DNA of 64,000 bases from the NCBI RefSeq assembly GCF_009914755.1, contig NC_060926.1. One strand, written 5' to 3'. A program made the position numbers and the translations under genes. The DNA comes from the human T2T-CHM13v2.0 reference genome, Homo sapiens. Positions 49,212 to 63,433 of this stretch are shown piece by piece; within the stretch, counting starts at the first letter, position 1, and each line of letters opens with the position of its first letter. The notes beneath the pieces are model-generated. The model was not told the DNA's origin. It did no database searches and worked only from the letters and a program-made list of their open reading frames with translations.

Positions 49212-50633
49212 CTGTAAAAATAAAGTTTGAGATAGTTAAATCTTCAAATTAACTGGAATACTTTTAGAACAGTGATTCTCCAATGGAAAGGTTTAAAAAA
49301 TACAAATGGAGCCAGGTGCGATGGCTCATGCCTGTAATCCCAGAAAGCGAAGGCGGGAGGATCACTTGAGCTCAATAGTTTGAGGTTATAGTGAGCTACA
49401 ACTGTACCACTGCAATCTAGCCTAGGCGACAGAGCAAGACCCTATCTCTAAAAAAAGGAAAAAATACAAATGGAGATACATCTCTAGAGATTCTATTCTA
49501 GTTGATCTGCGGTAAGGCTCATTCATCAGTTTTGTTGTTGTTGTTGTTGTTGTTTGTTGTTGTTTTTAAAAGCACTCCAGGTGATTCTAATGTACAGTCA
49601 GTGTGAAAAATTGAGCTTGACACTTATTTTCCTATAGCATTCTTATAAACTTAAAAACTCCACAGCACACCTGTTGAGGGGGCAAGAACACTGCTTTGAA
49701 TTACTAACCAAAAAAAAAAAAAAAAAAAAGACACACAAAGACATGGCTCTAGTGATCAGCATGGGAACTGATCTTTGGAGGAAAAAAATATCTAATTATG
49801 ATTATGACAAGTTAAGAAAAGGTGACAGTGACATTTGGTTGCCACAACTTAAATGCCAACAAAACAGTCATGACTCTTGAGAGGGTTCTAGTTTGGAGGA
49901 ATGAAACATATGATAGGGAAAAGGAAGGTGAGATAGAGTTCAATATGAAGATGAATCAAAGAGTCTACCCTTAAGACATGGCAAGAACACTCAAAGAGAA
50001 TATGGCAATGTAAGCATTAGCTGAGAAATACAGCTTTACATGAACACTCTGCCAGTTAAGTTTTATATCTCTACATTAAGAGCTATGCGATTTTTCTATA
50101 GAAGTTATGTCCTATTACTTTTGTTTTACAGAATTACAATCCTAGGATAGGAAATTTTAAAACTTCTAAGAGCATCTGAATGAATACTTTAAAAAGTTAA
50201 ACTTATTTTCAAATGAGTGATATATTCTCAAGGTTCACAAATCAAAGTAATATTAGAAGCCACAGACCAATGATAAGTCTCACTATGACCATCCACTCAG
50301 TTCTTCCACTTCCCCTTTTCCCACTAATTCTTCCCTTGTTCTGTTATGCAAATACAAATCAATATTTTACTTTTTGTTATACAAACAGTAGCATACTACA
50401 TGTCCACTGTTTTGCAACTTTTTCAGAATTTTGAATATTATCCCATCCCATAGTAACAAATATATATATTACATATATATATTTAAGACAGAGTCTTACT
50501 CTGTCAACCAGGCTGGAGTGCAGTGGCACAATCACTGCTTCCTGCAGCCTTGACTTCCCAGGTTCAGGTGATTCTCCCACCCCAGTCTTCGAAGCAGCTG
50601 GGACTACAGGTGCACACCACCATGCCCAACTAA

Positions 50634-50816
<183 letters not shown>

Positions 50817-51931
50817 TAAACCAAAATAAAAGTTTGAAAAATCAGTATTTATCCTTAATATTACAATATTCTCTATTATTTTCTATTCTACTTTTTAAAT
50901 TTAATGTTAGTTATGACCCACAAAATTGAATTTATGACTCCACTAACGAGAATTACTACTTGTGAAAGCATAAATACTTGCTTCTGCTATATGTGTTAAC
51001 ACTTATGCATTTAAATAATATTTCAACAATTTAAATTCCAAGGAATGTATGAATCTCAAAATAATTATGCTGAGGGAAGCCAGACCCTGCCCTCCCAAAA
51101 TTACACGCTCATTCCATTTATATAAAACTCCAGAAATTACAACCTAATCTATAGTGGGAGAAAACATATCAGTGGTTGCTTCTGGATAGGGATCAGAGGG
51201 AAGGATTACTAAGAAGAATAAGAAATCTCAAGAGTTATGGTTATGTTCACTATGTTGATTATGATGACGATTTTAAGGACATATGTAAGTCAAAATATAT
51301 CAAATTGTACTTTAAATATACACAACTTACTGCATGTCAATTATATCTCAATAAAAATGTCCCCCAAAAATCTAACCTATAAAAAGAACCTGACAAAAAT
51401 GAAATCTTATTCATTGCTTAGTCCAATAAGTGGACTAAGTGATCACCTCTTTGCACAGCCAAAGAGAATTCATAAATTTACTTACAGAAAAGCTTCAAAG
51501 TTTCTCTTACTCTATGGTTTGGAATGATACCTAAATGAAATGATACATTTCAGGTATGCAGAAATACCCTTGATAGTCTATGACTATCTTTTTTTTTTTT
51601 TTTTTGAGATGGAGTCTTGCTCTGTTGCCCTGGCTGGAGTGCAATGCCATGAGCTCAGCTCACTACAACCTCCACCTCCTGGGTTCAAGCAATTCTCCTG
51701 CCTCGGCCTCCTGAGTAGCTAGGATTACAGGTATGTGCCACCACGCCTGGCTAATTTTTCTATTTTTAGTAGAGATGGGGTTTCACCATGTTGGCCAGGC
51801 TGGTCTCAGACTCCTGACCTCGGGTGATCCACCCGCCTCGGCCTCCCAAGTGCTGGGATTACAGGCGTGAGCCACTGTGCCTGGCCAACTATCATTTTTT
51901 TTAAATGCTAAAAAGATTCAAATGAACATAC

Positions 51932-52032
51932 CTGATTGTCTGAGTAAGAAAGCTGCCTGCTGGTTTCCTTCTGTGAGGTCCTGCTGCCCAGAATGGCTCC
52001 AAAACTACCAGACCCCTGAGACGGTTTCATGG
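51932..52032 (-). CDS. USP37: USP37 coding exon 3 (aa 110-143, AMKPSQGSG...YSDNQ)
   Basis: ccag|CCATG acceptor and CAG|gtatgt donor; 101 nt; cumulative CDS 429 nt. Confidence 0.96.
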
Positions 52033-53956
52033 CTGGTGACCAAAAATATAATTTTTTTTAAAATCCCCAAATCACTCACTTTAACAAAAAGATTTATCAT
52101 TATTATTTTTATATAATATTGAAGAAATGGACGAAACAGCAGGCAAAAAAGAAAACAAATCAAAGTGCCTATCAACCAATTCTTTCTGACAGAATATACA
52201 TCTTATATAAACTAAAATTTAGAGCTAGAATCTGAAGCAAAAAATTAAGTAACACATATACCTGAAAACATTTAATAGAAGGCTAAAATTTACAAAGCAA
52301 AAAAAAAGCTAGAATAAACATTTGGTAATTATATTAATAACACTATGGAAAAGTCATTGTGTATCAACAACATGAACACTGACACTGGATGTCAGAAACA
52401 GTGACAGTTGTATCTCCAATAACATATACTCCAAAACATTCTCTACAGGTAAGTTTATCCAGCAGAATAAATGGCTTCTATTCTGAAGAAACTAATGGTA
52501 GTTCAAGGAACATTCAAGGTATTGTATAAATATAAATTTGCATATACTTTTAAAAATATTTTATACTTTAATTTGGTTAGCCAATTTCCGACTGATGACC
52601 ATTTGAAATGTTTTAATTTTTCAAAGTTGCAAACAATGCTTAACATCCTTTCACAAACCTTTTTGTAGGAAAAACTCCTTATAATAAGAATTACTGAGCG
52701 AACATACAATTTTAAACTAAACTGACATTATTACAGTCCTCAAAAAAAAAAGAAAAAAGAAAAAAAAAAAAAAACCTCTATGCTCCTACCAAGTATATGA
52801 GAGTATCTTGCTTCCCCTCACACTGCTACCAATGTGGTAGTAGGAATCTGAGTTTGGTGAAGTCGAGAATTTTTTCATGTGTAAGGGCCATCTATTTTGC
52901 TTCCTGAATTCTCTATTTGCAGTTTTTGTCAATTTCTCTACTAGTTTTTTTTTAATTGATTTGCAAAATAGGTCTTTGTATATTAGCAATATTAACTTTG
53001 TCACTCTGGCTACTATTTTCTTCCTTTGTCTTTTGTTCCTTGCCAGATAGACTGTCTAATTTTTTAACACAAGTTTTCAATCTTTTTCCTTTATTAATTC
53101 TAGTTTTTATGTAACACCCAGAAAAGTCTTTTCCATCCAGAGATTATGTTAAAAGTACTTTTTACAATACTTTTATCATTTTTTTTTACATTCAAATCTT
53201 TGGTCACTGGAGATAAGGATCCAAGTGTATTAACTTCCTAAATGGTTAGTTGTCTTGTTTATGGTTAACACTTTATCAAATATTAGTCTTTTGTCCACTG
53301 ATTTGAAATGCCATGCTTATATTAAATGCTTTATGCTGTTCAAAGTATTTTTATTCATTATTTTGCTCTAGTCTCTGCAAAGTATATAATAACCACCTTT
53401 GGGCAGCTAAAGCAACTAAACCTGAGATTAAAATAACTTGCCCAAGATCACAGAATGAATTAAGAGTTAAGCCCACAGCTAGCTATTCTAATAACGCCAA
53501 TGACTTACTGAGTGCCTAGCATAGGGAAGTCATACTTTTACATTTACGAGCTCTCATTCTTTAAGAAGCCCTGAAATCAAGGTGATACTTTCATGTTAGA
53601 GATTAGGAAATTAAAATTCAGTCACTAAGTGACTTACCTAAAACCACACAGAAATAACAGGCAGAGCTAGAATTTCAACCTACATCTATTTATGGCCAAA
53701 GCCCATATTTTTTCATTATGCTATGTTGTTCAATATTGGTCCCCAGACAGTATATTGTGCTTTCCACTCCAGTGGATTTGAAGACATGCTTTTCTTACAC
53801 GTATCAATTGTTAAAACAGTGATTCCATTAATATGGGTAAGATGAAATAAAACTAAAACAGAGATATAAACTAGCCTCTGACATATTCTAAGAATTTTAA
53901 ATAGTATTCAATTTCTTGATTCTTTTTTTTTTTTGAGATGGAGTCTCACTCTGTAG

Positions 53957-54121
<165 letters not shown>

Positions 54122-54293
54122 TAGCCAGGATGGTCTCGATCTCTTGACCTCGTGATCCGCCCACCTCGGCCTCCCAAAGTGCTGGGATTACAGGTGTGAG
54201 CAACCGTGCCTGGCCTCAATTTCTTGATTCTAAAATTCAATAGTTTAGTAAATTGATATGCTCCAATTTGGTGGCATGAACATATAATGAGTA

Positions 54294-54411
54294 GGTACTA
54301 AATGGCAAACAATCATAAAAAGCTTTTATTTTACAAGAATACGGTGTCGAATGGAGATACTAATTAAAGGTAGTACTGCTACACCTTCATTTTCTGATGT
54401 TTTTAATGTGT
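54294..54411 (+). repeat. Copy 1 of a 118-bp dispersed direct repeat
   Basis: Aligns without gaps to 56159-56276, with about 13 mismatches by hand count. Confidence 0.95.
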
Positions 54412-55089
54412 CATATTTAAGTTGAAAAAATTCAAGTAAGTTTGTCAACTACAAAATAGAAGTAATAGTAAAATGTTGAAGATGACAGAGCTAAAGACTA
54501 ATGTGATAGTAGAGAACTCATTTTAAGCAGAGATTTTTTCCTAAAAAGATGGCTGTAGGGCCAGGCAGTGGCTCACACCTGTAATCCCAGCACTTTGGCA
54601 GGCCAAGGAAGGTCAATCGCTTGGGCCCAGGAGTTCGATAACAGCCTGGGAAACAGAGTGGAATCTTGCCACTGTACTTCAACCTGGGTGACAGAGTGAG
54701 ACACTGTCTCAAAAAAAAGAAAAAGAAAAAGAGAAAAGAAAAGAAAAGAAAAAGTGCCTGTAAATGCATTAAAAGAAAAAAAACCACTATTTTAAATGAA
54801 AGGGGTTAGAGGGGGCAGAGGAACCTGATCATACCATGTGATTTTTTTACAGGACTCATTTTCCACAGCAAGAGTAAAACTTCAGAATAATTTTCATATA
54901 GATAGGTAAGTGTCTAAGATTTATGCAACAAGGTAACTTTTCCCAACTGTAATTTAAATCCTCCTCCCTGGTGGAGGTTGCAGTGAGCTGAGATCACACG
55001 ACTGCACTCCAGCCTAGGTGTTAGAGCAAGACTCCATTTCAAAACAAACAAACAAACAAACAAACAAATAAATAAATAATAAAAAATCC

Positions 55090-55600
55090 TGCTCCTTTGT
55101 CTAATCATATTGTTTTGTGGAATCTACATATAAGATCAAGTCATCTGCAAACACAAATAATTTTACTTCTTCCTATCCAATTTGGATGCCTGTTATTTCC
55201 TTTTCTTGCCTAATGGCTCTGGCTAAGACTTCTAGTACTATGTTAAATAGAAGTGGCAAGAGCAGGTATTCCTGCCTTGCTAATGATCTTAGAGGAAACA
55301 TTTCCAGTTTTTCACCCCTAAGTACGATGTTAGCTGTAAGTTGTTGCATATGACCTTTATTACGCTGAGTCGTTTCCTTCTACTCCTAGTTTGTTGAGTG
55401 TTTTTATCATGAAAGAGTGTTGGATTTTGTCAATGTTTTCATCTGCAACAATTCAGATGATCATGTGGTTTTCGTCCTTCATTTGTCAAGAATGATGTGT
55501 TACACAGATTGATTTTCATATGGTGAACTATCTTTGAATTTCAGGAATAAATCTTATTTGCTCATGGTGTATAATCCTTTTAATGTGCTGATGAATTCAG
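55090..55600 (-). mobile_element. L1M ORF2 (RT region) fragment
   Basis: gatcaagtcatctgcaaac, cttctagtactatgttaaatagaagtgg and gatgatcatgtggttt motifs. Confidence 0.85.
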
Positions 55601-55675
55601 TTGAATATTGGTCTGTAGTCTAGTCATAGCCTTGTAAAAATACTAACGTTAGACCCTGGGGTGATTAGTACTCAC

Positions 55676-55847
55676 CTGCAGGAAGTCTGTTTTGATGGAC
55701 TGCATCTAGAAACAACCTCATTTCCTCTGCATCCTTACTTGGTACTTTGTCAATAGACAAGAAGCTGTTATCTTGCAGAGTTAACATTAGGCGGCTTTGT
55801 TTCGCTCCACTGGGTCGAAGCACCACATTTTTAATGTTATGACTTAG
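55676..55847 (-). CDS. USP37: USP37 coding exon 2 (aa 53-109, LSHNIKNVV...QNRLPA); contains the RxxL motifs RLML and RLFL
   Basis: ttag|CTAAGT acceptor and GCAG|gtgagt donor; 172 nt; continues the frame of the previous exon. Confidence 0.97.
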
Positions 55848-56126
55848 CTAATCAAGACAAAAGGAAAATTATCATCAAAAATGTATGACAACTAAGTATA
55901 ACAATCTGTATAATAAATACTAAACTTTATACTTTCCATGTTACATTTATCACTCTTCCCCACAGTAATTTAATTTTTTTCAACCAAAAGAAGTTCCCAT
56001 TTCTTGATACATTTAAATTAAAGATTTACCTTTTAGGAGATGCAAACACATGCAATAAGCCTTTAATTATACAGAGATCTTGCACCAAGGGTAATAGAGA
56101 AGGAAAAATAAAGAATTGTTTTAAAA

Positions 56127-56419
56127 AAGCCCTTAATGAATGTTGTCAATAGGTTCTTGGTACTAAATGGCAAACAACCATGAAAACTTTTTATTTTATA
56201 AGAATATTGTGTCAAATGGAGACATTAATTAAAGGCAGCACTGCTACCCCTTCATTTTCTGATGTTTTTAATGTGTTAAACATTAAGCAAAAGGACATAT
56301 AGCAGGTCCTCAAATAACATCATTTCCTTCATTATAATGTTGATGAGGAAAAAAACTAGTTTCATTTCTTAGTCACAGTTTTCAAGAACCAACTGACAAT
56401 ATAAAGTGTGGACTTACTC
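56127..56419. mobile_element. MER6B/MER82-type Tigger MITE interrupted by the 118-bp copy
   Basis: Inverted arms tgtcaataggttcttgg and tcaagaaccaactgaca; internal agcaggtcctcaaataacatcattt; ends gtggacttact. Confidence 0.7.
56159..56276 (+). repeat. Copy 2 of the 118-bp dispersed direct repeat
   Basis: Aligns without gaps to 54294-54411. Confidence 0.95.
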
Positions 56420-58387
56420 TTCTACTAAAATTAATTTTACGGAACAATCCTAGAACTCTTGATCTCATGGTAGGGAATCCCTTATTTTCAGATATAGTTA
56501 TAGAGGATAAAAACTACTGAGTTAACACATTTCAGAACCTTGGACGGTTACATTATCACCAGTTTAGAAAACCAAATGGAAGTAGAAAGCCAGGTGCCAT
56601 GGCTCATGCCTGTAATCCCAGCACTTTGGGAGGCTGAGGCAGGCAGATCACCTGAGGTCAGGAGTTCAAGACCAGCCTGGCCAACATGGCGAAATCCCAT
56701 CTCTACTAAAAAGACAAAAAGTAGCCAGGCATAGTGGAGCACACCTGTAGTCCCAACTACTCGGGAGGCTGAGGCAGGAAAATAGCTCGAACCCAGGAAG
56801 TGGAGGCTGCAGTGAGTTGAGAGTGTGCCCCTGCACTCCAGCCTGGATGACAGAGCAAAACTTTGTCTCAAAAAAAAAAAAAAAAAATTGGAGTAGAATC
56901 TTTGTCTTTTGTTAAACAAAAGTTTGTAAGACATTTGGCAAATTATTTAGGTAGTTTCAATATAAAAGATATTATTCCAAGCAATTAAATAATCCTCAAA
57001 AGAATTCCAAACTTTCAAAAACCATCAAAAATAAACCTTTACCAATATAGCACACTTTTTTTTTCTTTTTTAACTAAGAAAACTCACTTAAGTTTCATTC
57101 AAAGATCATATGGACCTGAAAACTCTTAACTTACTTCTCTCTCCACAGAACTGGTTCAATAATTCATCTTAGACTCTACCAGACTTTGGAAATGTGCTAT
57201 GAAGCGATAACTTTTATTTTCTCTTAAATGGAATTTTTCCAAGGCTAAATTAGTAAATCTTACAGTTTCTTCATTATCTAAATAATTCCTGCCAGTCAGG
57301 CAGCCTTATTCTCTAATGTTCTCAGCAGGCATATATAAAAGTTTCTAAACTGCCTTTTACTGAAGACATGCCCTCTGAAAAGCATAAACAAAGAACTAGT
57401 AACTACTTCAGAATTTTTTTTAAACTAGAGAAAATTGACTTTTGTTAATTATTAGATAAGAATGAAAAACAATTTTGCCAATTTATATTCAAATTTTAAA
57501 TTATATATGTATTTTTAGCATCAAAGTGGGTCGTAAAATTATGTCCTTGAGTGGAAATTCTCTAGGAAAACACAATAATTCGTTTTAGATGCTTTTAACT
57601 CCAAAATACTTAAATAAGCAGTTTAGTATGCAAAAGGAAAATAGATAACATTAAACGCATTATTTCAGTCAATTTATCACTTTTTAAAAATTAAATATAC
57701 AAAGCAAAGTTTGTTCATTAACAAAAAAGATGAGAATCTTCTTGAACTTCGACACTTCAACAACTGAAAAGCCCATCCAGCCCCACAATTTCAGTAACTA
57801 TTCATATGGTAACGACACACAACTCTTCCTCTATCTTAAGCCCAGACCTCTCTGTTGGAGCTCCAGTCCTGTTTACCTTCTGAATGCTTGACACCTCAGA
57901 TAACTCATCTCTCCTAATCCTCACACCCCAATTCTTCCCCTCTGCTCCGTATCATGGAAGACATAAAAGTGACTGCCATCCACTCAAAAACTTGAGACTC
58001 TCCAGATAATTTTCTCTCACACCTCCCAAATCTTTAAATCTTCTTGAAATCTCTTCAGATCTATCCTTTCCTCTTCTTGCTTACTCCACTCCCTTTTCCT
58101 TACTTTCATTCCTCATCTAAACTCCCATAATAACCTCCTATATGTCCTTCTATTCTCCCACTATCACCTGAAATAAAGTCATCTGCCTAGCCCCAAAGAA
58201 ATGTGAGTTTGAGATTCTTGGCTCCTTAGAACTTCTGCTTTCCTTATGACAAACAAGAAACATCAATATCTGGTTCCTACCTAGCTCTTCAGCCTTATTT
58301 CTGTTACTCACTCCTCAGTGTCCATATATTTTAAAAATAACTTTCTAGTTCCCTGAGTGCTGATTCACATTTCATGTATTTGTCCAC

Positions 58388-58453
58388 ATACAGAAATCAC
58401 TTCCAGTTTGGCCAGAAAATATACAGAAATCACTTCCAGTTTGGCCAGAAAAT
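58388..58453 (+). repeat. Perfect 33-bp tandem duplication
   Basis: atacagaaatcacttccagtttggccagaaaat occurs twice in a row. Confidence 0.98.
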
Positions 58454-58654
58454 TCAGGGTTAAAGAAAAAAAAAAGACATCACTTCCACCTTTACTATGT
58501 TTGGCAAACTTCTATTTATTCTTTGAATCTTCAGAGTGCAAATGGCTTGCTTTCTTGTGTTACCTCAGGATCTTTGTAATGTTTTTACAGCTAAAAATGT
58601 ATTTGGTTACTCTGGGTTTTTCTGTTTTTTTTTTTTTTTTTTTTTTTTTTTTGA

Positions 58655-59158
<504 letters not shown>

Positions 59159-59862
59159 TGAATTTTTTTTTGTAGAGACAGGGTCTCGCCATGTTGCCCA
59201 GGCTGGTCTTGGACTCCTGGACTCAAGCAATCCTCCTGCCTCAGCCTCCCAAAGTGCTGGGATTACAGGCATGAGCCACTGCGCCCAGCCATCCCTTAGC
59301 ACAATATCCATAGCAGTAACCTGTACATGGTTTTAACAAACGAATGCTGAATGTAAACTGATCTGGAACTGAGATAAAGGCTGAAGTCACAGGTAAAACC
59401 GTCATGCTCCTAAAGATCTGTATTTGGTTAAACATTTGAATATTTACTCACTGCCAAATTGGGCTGAGGATTGAAAAAAAAATGAGCCTGTATTTGCAAA
59501 AAACCCTTTCTTTTGATGAGGCGAACAATTAGCAGATATATGCATGTGACAAACTACTATTTTTCCATCACCACCTCTATCTTATTTAAGACTACCTTTG
59601 ATACACGAAATCATAGGCAATCTATTTTTACAATTCAAAAGCAGAGACAAATACAAATTTTACCTAAGATCAGGTTCTGAAGCATAAAGTTAAATATTGT
59701 TTTTCAATAGAATATTTTAGAACGGATATTACACTTTTGCATAATCTAATTTAAAAATATAATATCTTGGCTGGGCGCGGTGGCTCACGGCTGTAATCCC
59801 AGCACTTTGGGAGGCTGAGGCAGGTGGATCACAAGGTCAAGAGATCGAGACCATCCTGGCTA

Positions 59863-60099
<237 letters not shown>

Positions 60100-60377
60100 T
60101 TAAAGTGCAGAAAAACATAAAACATTATGTTCTTAACTTCAACTCATATCAAGATGAGTAACTTGGTTGCATAAGAGAAGCAATAAAGAAGTGAAAACAG
60201 GCTGGGCGCAGTGGCTCACACCTGTAATCCCAGCACTTTGGGAGGCCGAGGCGAGCAGATCACGAGGTCAGGAGTTCAAGACCAGCCTGACCAACATGGT
60301 GAAACCCTGTCTCTACTAAAAATACAAAAAAAAATTAGCCAGGAGTGGTGGCGCACACCTGTAATCCCAGCTACTCA

Positions 60378-60563
<186 letters not shown>

Positions 60564-61068
60564 TCAAAACTTCACAGTTAGAAGAAAATAGCTATAAAGA
60601 TAACCTTGAATAATCATCCTTGAATGATTCACACCATGACATTTGGCAGGATTATTCAGGAAGTAGACACTGGCTTTTAGAAGACACTAATAAATTCTGT
60701 TAAAAACTAACACTAAATAGTGATGAATCCATCGTCATGTATGTTAAGGGGAAAAAAAGGAAGAACTAAAATTATCTTAAAGTGGTTTTAAAAATAGCTT
60801 AGATATACAGTATCCGAACTCTTGTCAGCTTCCTCCCACAAGTTTTCTTTTCAATAATGGTGACTACTTCCTGCTTTTATTATATACCAACAACAATACT
60901 GATGAATAATTTATAAAACATGTACATAAAAATATTAATGTCCTAGAAATAAGAAGCAAGAAATATTAATCTAGGAGGAGGGCTACTGTGATGTTTACTA
61001 TGGCACAGAATAGCTATTTACTAAATGATCTGCTTCAAGAGCTATTCCAAATCAATATTTGGTATTAC

Positions 61069-61224
61069 CTGAAATATCCTTGGAATTCCTCCAGTATTGT
61101 AGTGAACTACTAGGCTGACTTTATTCTCTTTTTCTACAATTTCAAAGGATCCTTCTTTCCACTTTGTAATCCCAGTCTGCATACTTCGAATTCTGATAGG
61201 ACCATGTATCTTCAGAGGAGACAT
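61069..61224 (-). CDS. USP37: USP37 first coding exon (aa 1-52, MSPLKIHG...PRIFQ); start of the PH-like domain; KEN motif at aa 32-34
   Basis: ATG at 61224-61222; 156 nt; ends CAG|gtaata. The translation is the recognisable USP37 N-terminus. Nearest acceptor AG is at 61250-61249, giving 24 nt of 5'UTR. Confidence 0.97.
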
Positions 61225-62385
61225 ATTTTCTTTAAAAATTGCTTCTGGCTAAATTAAAAAGCAAAAATATACCTTTACCTGGCAGGTTCTAAGGAAGAAA
61301 AATAAGATAAGTTATAACTTACTAGTAATTAATTTCTAACCACCATGCATTTCTTCTGCGCCTTCATTTTCCCTTCTTTGCCATGTGTCCAGTACTGTAT
61401 TTATTAGTGCCTAAATTCTACATTTTGTATCATTCACAACCATACTGCTACCACTAAAGACATGTCAACAGGAATAAGATCCCATTCTCAAAGTGATTGC
61501 CTTCACCATTAAAGTGTTGATTATTCTCTTCCTTCATGAAAGCTAATGGGTCTGGATTTCCAAATATAAGTTAAAAAAAAAAAAAAAAGTGTGTTCAGGC
61601 CAGGCATGGTGGCTCAGCCTGTAATCCCAAAACTTTGAGAAGTTGAGGTGGGAGGACTGCTTAAGCCTGGGAATTTGAGACCAGCCTGGGCAACACAGGG
61701 AGGCTCTATCGCTACAAAAAAACTGAAAAAACATTAGCCAGGCATGGTGATACACGCCTATAGTCTCAGCTTCTAGAGGGGCTGAAGTGGGAGGATCACT
61801 TGAGCACAGGAGGTCAAGGCTGCAGTGAGCCATGACTACCCACTGCACTCCCGCCTGGGCAATAGAGTGAAGACACTGTCTCAAAACAAAACAAAACAAT
61901 ACAAAATTCAGGCCTCTGACTCCATTTCTTAGAATGGAGTTCCTCCCAAAACATCAAAGTATATCACCAAATGCTTCCTTCTAACAGTGAGCAATCTAAG
62001 CATATCCGTATGTACAGAAGACATTAAATGAGTAAAAAATTTTAAAAATAACCAAGTTATTTGACCTCCAGAATTACAATATTTGAGGAAATCATTTAAT
62101 CTCTAGAGAAAACAAACAAAAAACCTCTCTTCCAAAGAACCACCTACCATTTATATTTAAACTACCATTCCTAGAAAGAATCTTTACCAATTTTATCTTT
62201 AACAAATACTCAGGTTTCCTGAATGAACTTTTAATACTCAAAAATGGCTGGGTGCTTGTCAGGCAATATTTGAAAACTAAAAAGAAAAAATGGCCGGACA
62301 CAGTGGCTCATGCCTGTAATCCCAGCACTTTGGAAGGATGAGGTGGGCAGACTGCTTGAGCAACACGGCAAAAACCTCATCTCTA

Positions 62386-62553
<168 letters not shown>

Positions 62554-62827
62554 TCAAAACAAACAAACAAAAAAAAAACACAAAAAACTTAAACTTACAG
62601 CAATAATCGGATGTGTAAAACTCTTCAAATTAGCTTTTGCAAAAGTCAACAAGTAAATAAAATTAGTTATAGCAAAGAATGTTATCAAATAGTGTGTTAC
62701 ATACATAAATATGCAATCATTTAAAATTGCGAACTCAAATTTTATACTATTTCAAACCTTTAAAAACACTACTTCTAAAGTGGATTCTTGCTTATAATTT
62801 ACTAAATTAAACACAATTAAACATTAC

Positions 62828-62893
62828 CTTTGCCTAAACAGCTCAACAAGAAAAGCCAGAAAGGCTAGTATATAAAGGAAAATGATGCTAGGT
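62828..62893 (-). other. USP37: Candidate non-coding 5'UTR exon of USP37
   Basis: Strong donor AAG|gtaatg at 62828/62827. Possible acceptors give exon starts at 62893 (ttctag) or 62864 (tactag). It lies 1.6 kb upstream of the ATG exon. The boundaries cannot be proven without transcripts. Confidence 0.5.
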
Positions 62894-63164
62894 CTAGAAA
62901 TCAGCAGCCAGCCAGCCCTATCACTTACTAATTTGTAACTTACCTTCTTTAACCATAAGTTTTCTCAACCACAAAATAGGAATAGCAAATGTTTTAGTGT
63001 TGTAGAATGAAATAATACATACTAGGCACTCAGCAGACAGCAGTAATTAATATTAATGGAATTAATGTCTGTTTTCTGAATTTATTCCATGTCCATAATA
63101 CCTCTTTCTCCAAAGACCTCAATAAATACAATGTTAACAGGAGTCACTAACTCAACTATCTATA

Positions 63165-63433
63165 GGGGCTAGCAGGTGACAGAAATGACTTAAGCAGGCA
63201 AAATTTGAACAATTGCTACCCAATCTAGCCAATTATTACCATGTAGAAATAGCGAACCTAGCATTGCCAGACCATCTAACTTTTCAAGAAAATAAAGACA
63301 TCCAAACGTTTATGTAAAACTGTCCATTTTTAATTGTTGGCAATGAATTCAAATTTATTTTTAACAGCTACAAATCAAACAAAACTCACCTACAGGCAGG
63401 ATACAGTTTGGGGGCCCCTAGTTGGAGGTCTCT
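63165..63433 (+). mobile_element. MER102-like hAT fossil
   Basis: cattgccagaccatctaacttttcaagaa and ttgttggcaatgaattcaaattt motifs. Confidence 0.6.

Noticed and set aside
58388-58453. CRISPR-like or other prokaryotic repeat system
   Set aside because: Two abutting units with no spacers in a mammalian intron; nothing in the window looks prokaryotic or foreign.
61042-61224. 60-aa ORF as a stand-alone small protein
   Set aside because: It is the first USP37 coding exon read through its donor; the last 8 residues are intronic.
61919-61940. Short hairpin actccatt/aatggagt and similar 8-12 bp palindromes
   Set aside because: Expected by chance in 64 kb of AT-rich DNA.
63383-63396. Strong donor motif TAG|gtgagt on the minus strand
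   Set aside because: It lies in a MER102-like fossil with no convincing nearby acceptor; it cannot be called an exon from sequence alone.
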